Part shown: in pieces, positions 1-9,925 of the stretch
Layout of the letters: the number at the start of each line of letters is the position of its first letter
How positions within the stretch are numbered: position 1 is the stretch's first letter
Assembly (NCBI RefSeq): GCF_004010195.1
Contig: NC_057717.1
Coordinates: 65,302,218-65,357,681, forward strand
Source of the DNA: Chiloscyllium plagiosum
Taxonomy: Eukaryota
Direction: 5' to 3'
DNA length: 55,464 nt
Made by a program: the position numbers and the translations under genes
The notes under the pieces: model-generated
What the model was told of the DNA's origin: nothing
Database searches by the model: none
Seen by the model: the letters and a program-made list of their open reading frames with translations, nothing else

Positions 1-375
1 TTTTTATTGGAGAAAAGAAGGTTTAGGGGTGACTTGATAGAGGTGTACAAGATGATTAGGGGTTTAGATGGGGTCGACAGTGAGAATTTTTTTCCACGTA
101 TGGAGTCAGCTATTACGAGGGGGCATAGCTTTAAATTAAGGGGTGGTAGGTATAGGACAGATGTTAGGGGTAGGTTCTTTACTCAGCGTGTCGTGAGTTC
201 ATGGAATGCCCTGCAGTAGCAGTGGTGGACTCTCCCTCATTATGGGCATTTAAGCGGGCATTGGATAGGCATATGGAGGATAGTGGGCTAGTGTAGGTTA
301 GGTGGGCTTGGCTCGGCGCAACATCGAGGGCCGAAGGGCCTGTCCTGCTCTGAATTCTTCTATGTTCTATGTTCT
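1..375 (+). mobile_element. CR1 LINE 3' end (young copy): ORF2 C-terminus, 3' UTR and (TTCTATG)n tail
   Basis: ORF 7-219 LEKRRFRGDLIEVYKMIRG...RFFTQRVVSSWNAL is the CR1 ORF2 C-terminus, with a premature stop. It ends in ttcttctatgttctatgttct and is near-identical to the 3' end of the copy at 53521-55464. Confidence 0.95.
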
Positions 376-899
376 CAATAGTTTCCTTACCACTGAGACT
401 AGCTTGTCAGATCTGTGTTTTCATTATTTATCCCTTCCTTCGTCCTGCATAACAGTGCAACGTTGGCTGATCTTCACTCACTTGGCACAACTGCTGTGGC
501 CAGACAGAAATTCTAAATTATTGTAAGCGACCCAACTATTTCATCCTTTGCATCGCTCAACCGCTTGGTATACTTTTCACCTGCCCTGGAAATATAACCA
601 CTTTTCATTCAGCAAGACAACACAGAACATCACGCCATGTGTCCTAATTTCTGAAAGTACATCACAACACCCCTCCATGATTTCTGTCCCCACATTGTCC
701 CTCTTACTAGTGAACACTGACACAACACATTCGTTTTGACCACAACTAATCCTCCGACTCCATTCCAATAATAACACTTAATGGGCATTACTGTTTCCCG
801 AATACTTTGTTTATTATGAATGAGTCTGTAACTTTAAAAAATATTTTCCTTTATTTTGACTGCTATTATTTTCTCATGGTCCCTTTTGCTCTTCTAATT

Positions 900-1860
900 C
901 CTTTGTCTTTCAAACTCCCTCTTGCAGGTTCTGTACTCCATATTAGTTTCTATTGTTTTAGATTTCGGTATAGACCGGAAGCCTCCCTTGTTTCTCTTTA
1001 TCTCCCCCTCCATGCCCTTTGGTGTCCAGAGCCCGCTGCATTCTTGGTCCCACGCAGTGGCTTCCTGGGAAATGTCCTCCCTGTGATTTTACTATCTCTT
1101 TCTTAAATGTGTCACACTGCTCTGACTCAGATTTACCAATAAGTGTCAGCTTCCAGTCCACTCTGGTTAAGTCATTACCTGATTTTACTAAAATTGTCCT
1201 CCCCCTTTACAGAACTTTGAGGCAATTTCTATTCCTTTGCAGTACAATCTGAAATCCAACTGATTTACGATCACTGTCTGCAAAGTGCTCCACCATTGAT
1301 GTTTCACCCACTGGGTCCACTTCATTCCCTAAAGTTAAGTTCAGGTTCACCCCTCACTTGCAAGGTCTGGATTAAAATTCTCTGTATTAAACACATACTT
1401 TGTGCAAATATTCTTCTGGGGGCATTTTCAGAATTGTGCTCCCTCTAAATTTTTGACAAAATGNNNNNNNNNNNNNNNNNNNNNNNNNNNNNNNNNNNNN
1501 NNNNNNNNNNNNNNNNNNNNNNNNNNNNNNNNNNNNNNNNNCCCCTGCCCCCATCATTTTCTATCTTTCCCTGTCTCGCCTGAAGGCACTAAATCCTGGA
1601 ATATTGAATAGCCACTCCCGCCCGGCTCTCAATATGTCTCCATGATAGCAACGGCATAATTTCTTCATTTATGCCAGTAATTCGTCTGCCTTGTTCATCA
1701 GACTCTGTCATTAAAACGAATACCATCCAGTGTTGCTATCTCCCTTCTGATGTTCCCGGCCTATAGTTTCTATGCCTCCTTGACTCCCTTGCTGTGTCCT
1801 ATAAGTTTAGCCTTTCACATTGTCCTGCTGATCTTTCTGTGTGGATCCCAGCTTCTCCAG
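900..1860 (-). mobile_element. Degenerate CR1 fragment (APE endonuclease region), with a 78-N gap at 1464-1541
   Basis: Antisense matches to CR1 ORF2 N-terminal DNA (e.g. the AITETW-like segment near 1600-1660). Heavily decayed; boundaries approximate. Confidence 0.55.
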
Positions 1861-1974
1861 CACTCTGCACAATTATGATTCCTGTATCCATTAACCACAA
1901 GAAACCTTGATATATGAGAACTGATTGTATTTGTTGTGAAATTCGTTGGATACTGTATGCGATGTTTCCTAAAG

Positions 1975-2268
1975 GTCCAGATATTCTCCAACCAACTCTT
2001 CTCCTAACTGCGAGCTCCAGTGAAGAAATCGCAAGCAGCAAATTTGCATCCGTCGTCTGTTCAATCATCGACTTCCATCCGAAGTCAATCTCCGTGAGTT
2101 GGTTGAAAAATGGCCGACCCTTGGATTCTGGCTTATTCACGTCTCCCGTGTGTGAGGTAACGAGTCGGCTGATGGTCTCTTATGGTGAATGGTTCAACAG
2201 CTTAGTCTATACCTGCCAGGTCACTCATGGAGAGAACACTCAAAGTAAAAACATCACCGCACTCCAGG
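1975..2268 (+). CDS. IGHM: Immunoglobulin mu heavy chain constant exon CH2 (C1-set Ig domain), elasmobranch type; functional status uncertain
   Basis: Acceptor tttcctaaag|GT at 1974/1975 (an in-frame alternative ccag|AT lies at 1980/1981) and donor CAGG|gtaaga at 2268/2269, both phase 1, giving 294 nt. The protein [41 protein letters not shown]...SPVCE...TSRL...EWF...YTCQVTH...QSKNIT has the Cys-Trp-Cys core. It matches my recollection of shark Cmu2 ([25 protein letters not shown]...YTCQV.H...QS.NIT), not IgNAR C1-C5. Confidence 0.9.
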
Positions 2269-2432
2269 GTAAGAGACACAGACTGCGAGAACTACAAATC
2301 ACTCTGAACTCGGATGTGAATCAAACACACTAATTTATCAGGCGTAGTAAACAGCTTCTCGTTTCCCAACATGCCACGTATCTCATTTCAGTTTGAGTGT
2401 TACATTAGCATTGCTCATAATTCAACCTTTAG

Positions 2433-2932
2433 NNNNNNNNNNNNNNNNNNNNNNNNNNNNNNNNNNNNNNNNNNNNNNNNNNNNNNNNNNNNNNNNNNNN
2501 NNNNNNNNNNNNNNNNNNNNNNNNNNNNNNNNNNNNNNNNNNNNNNNNNNNNNNNNNNNNNNNNNNNNNNNNNNNNNNNNNNNNNNNNNNNNNNNNNNNN
2601 NNNNNNNNNNNNNNNNNNNNNNNNNNNNNNNNNNNNNNNNNNNNNNNNNNNNNNNNNNNNNNNNNNNNNNNNNNNNNNNNNNNNNNNNNNNNNNNNNNNN
2701 NNNNNNNNNNNNNNNNNNNNNNNNNNNNNNNNNNNNNNNNNNNNNNNNNNNNNNNNNNNNNNNNNNNNNNNNNNNNNNNNNNNNNNNNNNNNNNNNNNNN
2801 NNNNNNNNNNNNNNNNNNNNNNNNNNNNNNNNNNNNNNNNNNNNNNNNNNNNNNNNNNNNNNNNNNNNNNNNNNNNNNNNNNNNNNNNNNNNNNNNNNNN
2901 NNNNNNNNNNNNNNNNNNNNNNNNNNNNNNNN
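2433..2932. other. Assembly gap of exactly 500 N (probably a fixed-size scaffolding placeholder)
   Basis: Counted directly. Round-number gaps usually mean unknown size, so the two flanks may not be truly adjacent. Confidence 0.9.
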
Positions 2933-4430
2933 TGGTGGTTATGCTATTGAAAATCAAAGGATGGTTTGATTATTAATCCTGTGTTTGTCTATCATTTGTG
3001 TGGCATGAATATTATTTGCCGTCTATGAGACGAAAACTGGATATTTTACAGGTCTTGTTGCCGATTGATGGTTTCAGTATCTGGGAAGTGGTATGGTCAG
3101 TGAATATTTCCATGTCTGATCTTATAATGAACAGAGGGCCATTGCAGCAGATGGAAATGTTTGAGTCTCAGATACTCGCCATCTTGAGGAATGGCTGCAG
3201 AGTTCTCCTGAAGCTCCAATTACTGATATTGACAACAAACATTTTTTAGTTGCTAATTATTCCAAGCGGGAGTGTATTTTCCCCAGATTCCAGTTTACTA
3301 TAATTTTATTCGCGCTCCTATCGTCACATACTGGTAAATAGCGCCTCGATGTTAAGAGTAATTGCCCTCACTGCCATTTTAGAAGTCCACTCTTTTGAAC
3401 TGAGGTTGCAATGGAGTCATGAGGAGAGTGAGCCTGACGACACACTAACTGAATGACACTGAGAGTGACATTGCTGATTGATCACATTTTTATTGCTGAT
3501 AGCTTCCTTTGCATTTACATAGTAAATCGTACGCCAATTGGTCAGTGACCGGTTACAATGCAAGTACCTGCTTTTTGCTGATATGACATAATGGACAACT
3601 TATCACGTTGCAGGTTCGTGTCATTGCTGAGATGTGTGGCAATCTCTGGAGTTAAAACATAGTATCTAGTGTCTCCAGCCATTTCTTGACATTGTGTGGG
3701 ATGAATCGAATTGTGTTAACACTGGGGTCTGTGATGCTGGTGCCTCCAAAAGGAACCGAAATGGATCATCAGCTCAGCCATTCTGGCTGATATTTGTTAC
3801 AAATGCAAAAGATTTAATTACGTCCCTGATATGCTGCGCTCCCCCATAGCTGGGGATTTCGTTGTTGGAGAGCAGTCTCCTCCTCTAATGGTCTCTTTCA
3901 TTGTCCACTTTCATTTACGACAACGTGTGGTAGTACCACAGAGACGGAGCTGAAACACACATTTTGGGATCTCTGAGCTCTGTCCATCACTTGCTGCTTC
4001 TGTTGTTGAACATCCAAGTCGGCATTTTTTTTTGTAGCTGAAGGCAATTAAGGCTTCACCAGATTGTTCTCAAATATTTAGGTCTTGCTGGTGCTGGTCC
4101 CGGCATGTCCTTCTGCACTCGTCACTGAATCAATCTGAATCACGGGCTTGATAGTTACTGCAGAGATGGAGGTATGCCGGGCCGTGAGGTTGCAGACTGT
4201 ATGAGTTGTATAGCGCATGATTCTGCTGCTGCCCGATGACCCATTACACGTTTGTTGCTGTATCTGTTTAAAGTCTGTCCCATTCAGCTCACAGGTTGCT
4301 ACACAACATAGTGAAGTGATACAAAATGTGAAAATGACCCTTCCTCTCTACAAGGTCTGTGAAGTAGCAACTCTTCCTGATACATTAAATTCAGAGGTGT
4401 CTCTCTGAAACAGGAGGATCGGTAATGATG
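2933..4430 (-). mobile_element. Old fragments of a second CR1/L2-superfamily LINE
   Basis: Shares decayed segments with 5990-8040, 29520-30060, 41810-42640 and 51310-52080 (e.g. gtgaggttgcagactgt...attctgctgctg, which recurs near 29950 and 42590). Confidence 0.55.
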
Positions 4431-5989
4431 TTGTCAACTGTATGTTTCCGTTTCAATGATTCCTTCATAACGTGCCGCTGAGCAACCTAGCAGCCACAGC
4501 ATCCAGCATAAATGCTGAACGCTACGTTGATTATATACAAAGGAGCTGCCAACCATCTCCCTCGCCCCCTCCCCTCCCCATCCCCGTCTCTGCCTGGTTT
4601 GTTCTGTCAGGATGACAGAACCCACAACAGAAAATTGAGATGTTGACTGGGACATCGTCCTGTTCACAGAATCCGGTTTTACAGACAATGTCTGCATGTT
4701 GCTTGATTAGTCTGTGTGAAATATACGGTAGGTCCCTTTTACATTTTGTACAATGAAGATATAATATCACTTTATTTTTTACTTGTTTTAAAATAAACCG
4801 AACATCATTGTTTTTCAGTTGAAAACAATTGAAGTGAGCAATAATTAAATTACCAGAGCACACATCTAACTATTATACAACCCAGTGACTGTAGTAAGCA
4901 GCTGATTCATGTTCACATCAGTGAACACACCACCTTGCAGTCAGCAAAGCGGTTGAAAATATCTTTAAAAAAGACTGAATTCAGACACAGTATTACTGTG
5001 CTTCACCACTAATTACTAAACACTGGCCAGCTCCAAAATCTATCCAGAGACCTTTCAAACTGGAGCTGGACAGTTTTCGCACTATCCCTCACAACAGACC
5101 AAGTAGAGACATACCTGAACAACAGAGAAATGCATGGCCAATGGACTAGCACAGTGCTTGATGCTGGTCCAAACATAATTCAACATTTGTAAAAACCACC
5201 TGACCACAAGCATGTTTTGAAGTTTACCTCTTCTCTTATGCCACCGAAACTCTAATTCTCTATCTTTGACGCGATCGTAAATGCAATTCCTATAAAGGTG
5301 ATGGACTCTTGAGGCATATGGCGTCTTAAGTGAAGCACAGCTCCACTATGGCAGTATGCAAACAAAATTGATGACCAGCATGATCCCAGACCAACTTCCA
5401 TGTGTGACTAGAGATATAAATTTTTTGTAGGTATTTTCAGCATTGGTCAAACCATTAAAAGCAAAGTCTCTTTATTGACAGTTCGACATCGTTAGGTAAT
5501 ATTGACTTTTCAATTGTCCGAGAAGCACAAAACCCACCAATTTGTTCTGTTCACGTTTATGACAACTATATGATGAAAGCAGTGCACAAATCACAGTAAG
5601 GGGCTTTGAAATGATGCGTCTCATTACTACAACCAAGAGCAAATTATTATGAAGTGAAACGACGCAAATGCTTTCCCTTGTACTAACAGTGTGAGCTAAC
5701 ATTCACACACAATCATTTGCATGGCAAATATATCACAGTTTACTGTTCTACAGCTCGATGTGAGTATATTATCGATTGCTTCTGTCCTTCTCATAACGCA
5801 GTAATATGATGTGTCAATGTCGGTGTGTACCTGATGTTAGGTATCGAGGCCATGCTTTTGAAAGACTCACAAATTGTTTCAAACAGCAAATCCCTTGAGC
5901 TGTTCACAGCAAGCAAGGTACTGACTTGACCCAACCAGCGTGCGCTCACAAAACCAAAAGCTTAGTGCCAAACTTTGGGCATTGATTGG

Positions 5990-8040
5990 ACAATAGTTTT
6001 CATCGACTTTATTCATGGGATGTGATTGAGCCAATATTTATTGCCCTTCCCGTATTGCCCTTGAGGAAGGGGTGATGAGCTGCCACAATGAACCACGCCA
6101 TCCATGCACTGCCGGTATGTTTACCATACTCTTAGGGAGGGAACTTGAAACAGTGACACTGAAGGAATAACAATATATGTCCCAATCAGGATGGTGGGGT
6201 GGCTTGGAACGTGACGGTTCTGGTGTTCGCATATCTGCTGCCCTTGTCCTTCTTGATGGACGTTTCTTTTCAGGGGGACTTTGTAAGTTGCTATTCTTCG
6301 AAAATTTCTGCAGAGTACTACATAGATGGCAGGCATTGTTGCTACTGAGTGTCAGTCGATGAGGGGTGAAGCTGCACTCATATTGATACATGGTGTATAT
6401 TTCATCACAAGCATTTTCAACGTGGGTCGGAACGATGGCGGATGGGCTATCAGAAATCTTGACGAAATGTATTTTTACTGGATTCATAGCCTCTGATATG
6501 CTCTTAAAGCAAATTAATTTATGTCGATTGACAAGTGTGGTGCCTGATTAGGACAGGAAGTCAGACATAAACTGAGGCACAGAGAGTCAAAACATTTTAG
6601 CATTTGCCCCTCACTGGAACGGATAATGAATTCATGTGGTCAGTCAAGTTGTAGTTAACAGTAATATCCAGTATATTGGACTTTCGGAATTCTGTTGTGG
6701 CGATAGCATTGAATGTTTGAGGGTGATGGGATAATTCTGTGTTGTTAGACGTGATAGTTGTCTGGCATGTGTGTAAGGAAAACGTGACTTGTCGCTTTTA
6801 AGCACGTGCCTGCATATTTTTCATATATGAGTAATCACATTTGATGTTGAATATTATGCAATCATTGTAAAACAACCCAATTTTCGATTTTACGGTGGAG
6901 AGATAGTCATTCATGATGCAGCTGAAGATTGTTGGATCGAGAACAGACAGCACTCTTCGAACTCACTGATAATGACACTCCCTCTGAGCTAGGAAGCTTG
7001 CTTCGAGTTCCACCTACTCCAAAGGTGTGTAACAACAAATCTGAACAGATTAATATTAAAATATATTCCGTAAGGAGTCGAGTGAGGACTTCGTTAGCTC
7101 AATCAGTTGGATGGCTAGATTGTAATGCAGATTAATGTCAACAGTGTTGGTCCAATTCCAGCACTGACTGTCCTGTCCTGCACAGTACTGTTCCACTCAG
7201 CCACTCTTTCTGTGTGGCACAATCACTGTCCAGATAAACTACTACCGATTGTCTCTGTCTAACCAGAGCGAACTCACATCATATCTTCAGATTATGGTAT
7301 CTTACCATTCCACTTCTGATCTACAGGGTTGCCCAGAAACACTTCCCTGAGGGATTGATGCAGCGCTGAGATAGCTGCTCTCAACCATCTCGCTTTGTAC
7401 CAGGTATAACTTCAACCAGTACAGAGGTTTCCCTGTTTCTCATTTGCTCCAATTTTGCAATTAATTCTTGATGCCAATCTTGATCAAGAGCAGTTATAAT
7501 GATGTTAAGTGCATCCACTCTTGCCTCACCTTAGAATTCAGCTGTGTGTTTTCTTGTTGTCCATGTTTAAACTAAGTTTTCAATGAGGCCAGGGGATGAG
7601 TGCCTTGGCAGATCCCAAAATGAGCTTTACAGAACAACTTGGTGCTGAGGAATTGTTGCTTGACACCACTGCTGATGACATTTTTCATCATAATTTTAGT
7701 GATAGATGTGAGACCAATGGAGCAGTCAGTGAGTGATGTTTTGTCTGTGCGTGTACAGGACACACTCGATAGTTTCCCACATTGTCAGTTCGATACCAGT
7801 GCTGTATCTCGGCAGGAACAGGTTGAATGTAATGTTATTAGGGCCCACATCCTTTGCATTATCCAGTCCCTCCAGCCTGCTTTAATATGCCACACGAACT
7901 GAATCAAATTAGTTGAAGACAGTCATCAGAAGGAGATTAAAATAGATTATCCCTTCGACACTTCTGTCTGAACCATTTTTGAAAGTTTCAGCCTTATTTT
8001 TCTATTGTTGCGCTGGGCTCTTCCACCATGTTGATGCCTT
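5990..8040 (-). mobile_element. Second CR1/L2-type LINE, 3' portion; SINE inserts at ~6960-7290
   Basis: Minus ORF 6038-6487 ends SSSLPKSMVNIP..., a WNSLP-like ORF2 C-terminus. It is followed by a gggcaata...cacatcccatgaataaa tail of the type also seen on SacSINE/DeuSINE-like SINEs. Confidence 0.6.
7083..7290 (+). mobile_element. Degenerate tRNA-derived SINE head
   Basis: A-box-like ttagctcaatcagttgg and B-box-like ggtccaattcc at tRNA-like spacing; no intact cloverleaf. Confidence 0.45.
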
Positions 8041-8445
8041 TATTGTTGGAGTTACAGTTGGAATGCCAGGAGTTCTCGTGAGTGTGCTTGTTTAGTCTGT
8101 CACAGGCTGGAAGTATTGTCCTAGTCGAACTGATGTCCCTCATCGTTTATGTGCATGATGCCGATTATAGCTGATCATGTCTTTTGGTGGCTAGTATATG
8201 CTCATATATCCTGGTGGCTAGTTTAATGCCCGCTTGTCCAATGTCATATTTGTTGCAGTCCTTGCAATGTATTTTGTACATGACTTCAATCTACTGGTTG
8301 TGGGTACACAGTCCTTTAAAGTCATCAATTCTGTTTAAATGTCGTGGTAGGTTTTCGGGCTGCCATGATGCTTTGGGCCGGAGTAACGTGGTCGTCATCT
8401 CCGAGATGACTTTGATGTACGGCAGGGAGACTCGAGTCTCTGGGA
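8040..8445 (-). mobile_element. Poseidon-type Penelope-like element fragment (GIY-YIG region)
   Basis: Antisense homology to the endonuclease segment at 35190-35455 and 36170-36300 (aaactagccacc motif). Confidence 0.6.
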
Positions 8446-8520
8446 GTTCTCGATTACCCGGGGAAAAAAAATGTATTCACCCTCTTCATGCCTCTCATGA
8501 CCTCTATACTTCCAAAAGGT

Positions 8521-8727
8521 AGCTGAAAATGTGTTGCTGGAAAAGCGGAATAGGTCAGGCAGCATCCAAGGAACAGGAGAATCGACGTTTCGGGCATAAG
8601 CCCTTCTTCAGGGCTTATGCCCGAAACGTCGATTCTCCTGTTCCTTGGATGCTGCCTGACCTGCTGCGCTTTTCCAGCAACACATTTTCAGCTCTGATCT
8701 CCAGCATCTGCAGTCCTCACTTTCTCC
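8521..8727. mobile_element. Short fold-back PLE terminal-repeat insertion with target-site duplication
   Basis: Inverted arms 8521-8603 and 8611-8693 (83 bp, 3 mismatches) plus a 3' tail. Direct repeat acttccaaaaggta at 8508-8521 and 8728-8741. Confidence 0.92.
8582..8613 (-). ncRNA. Minimal type-I hammerhead ribozyme motif (PLE terminal repeat)
   Basis: Minus strand reads CUGAAGA-A-GGGC(UUAU)GCCC-GAAA-C-GUC. Confidence 0.7.
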
Positions 8728-9554
8728 ACTTCCAAAAGGTACACCTCTGTCTCTTACACTTTAAAGAAAAATGTTGTTGCTTGTCCAAACTCATCCTATA
8801 CCTGAAAACATTGAGTCCTGGGTCGGTCCTTTTAAATTTCTATTGCACTATTTCCTCGTTTAATAATATCCTTCCCACAGCAAGGTTACTATAGGTGAAC
8901 ACAATGATCTGACTACAGCCTCACCGACATCCTGTTCAACTGCGACATAACTTCCCAACTTCTGTACTTAAAGTCCTGACTGATGAAGTACAGTGTGCCG
9001 GAAGCCTCCTTCATTGTACTGTGTACCTGTGACTCCACCTTCAGAGAACCCTGCACCTGAACTCCAAGGTCCTTCTGTTCCAGTGCACGCTTAAGGCTCT
9101 GCTATTCACCATGGAAATTCTACCTTTACTTGATGTTGCAAAATGCAAGCCCTTACACGTATCTATATTAAACCCTATTTACCATTTCTCAGCTTACTTC
9201 CCCACCTGTCACAATTTCTAATAACCTTTTTCACTTTCCACGATACCGCCCTTTTCCGTGTCATCTACAAACTTCCTCATCATTCTTGAACGTTCTCATT
9301 GAAATAACTGAGAACAAACAGCAATGGCCTTAGCACGATTCCCTGAGGAACTCCAATAGTCACAAACACCCAGTCCAACAAGCATCCTTCCACTATTCCC
9401 CTCTGTTTCCTACCATCAAGCCAGTTTGTATCCAATTTGTCAGCTCCCTCTGAATTCCATGTAATCTATTCTTCCAGAGCAGCCTGCCATATGGAACCTT
9501 ATCGAAGTTCTTACTGAAATCTACGTAGACTATGTATCCCATCCGAGGAGCATA

Positions 9555-9925
9555 CCATTCTCCCTAAACCTGTAACATTTTCCAGTCCATCCCATCCTCC
9601 CTATCCTTGTAATATTCTCCAGTACATGCCATAATTCCCATTCGTGTAATATTCTCCAGACTCCACAACTGTTGTTAAATCTACCACATTCTCGACTCCA
9701 CTGAATGTTTCCACATCCTGCTCAATTTGGTCACTGTAACGATCCACAGCCTTACAGCTATCCCTCCCTCTGAAATCTCATCTAGGCACTCCACTCTGTA
9801 AATTGCTCCAAACTATAAAACCCTTCCTCGCACGATTCTCTGACATTCTCTGACAGCTGCTAACTGTCTTCAACCCTGTAAGAACCTCAACCCCCTGAAG
9901 ACTTCTGTAACTCTATAATCCCAAC
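9555..9925. repeat. Degenerate C/T-rich tandem repeat
   Basis: Recurring ctgtaa(c/t)attctccag...acaaccct-like units. Confidence 0.5.

Larger units (their letters stand above)
8455..9540 (-). mobile_element. CR1 RT fragment interrupted by a PLE fold-back insertion
   Basis: Antisense RT motifs (KVPYG, VPQGIVL and FVDD-like segments). Confidence 0.7.

Noticed and set aside
2269-2333. In-frame read-through of CH2 into the intron ([21 protein letters not shown]) as a short secretory tail
   Set aside because: No penultimate Cys or tailpiece similarity, no poly(A) signal before the gap, and a strong donor is present.
2371-2976. Long ORFs of 180-201 aa in the ORF track
   Set aside because: Artefacts of translating the N gap.
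3277-3340. Acceptor ttttccccag followed by an APIVT-like peptide as a decayed CH3 start
   Set aside because: The phase-1 frame stops after five codons and no Ig motifs follow.
4611-4727. 117-nt segment between a good acceptor and donor, with an internal ATG ending in phase 1 (leader-like)
   Set aside because: All three frames from the acceptor contain stops, the peptide is a poor signal sequence, and no V exon follows.
5715-5729. Octamer motifs (ATTTGCAT at 2042, 5715, 21561, 49581; ATGCAAAT at 32074) as Ig regulatory sites
   Set aside because: About three are expected by chance in 55 kb of this composition; one is in the exon, one is in a repeat, and there is no V gene nearby.
8980-9006. 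CTGATGA...GGAA as another hammerhead
   Set aside because: It is the antisense of the CR1 G.L.FI coding motif and lacks GAAA and a valid cleavage triplet.
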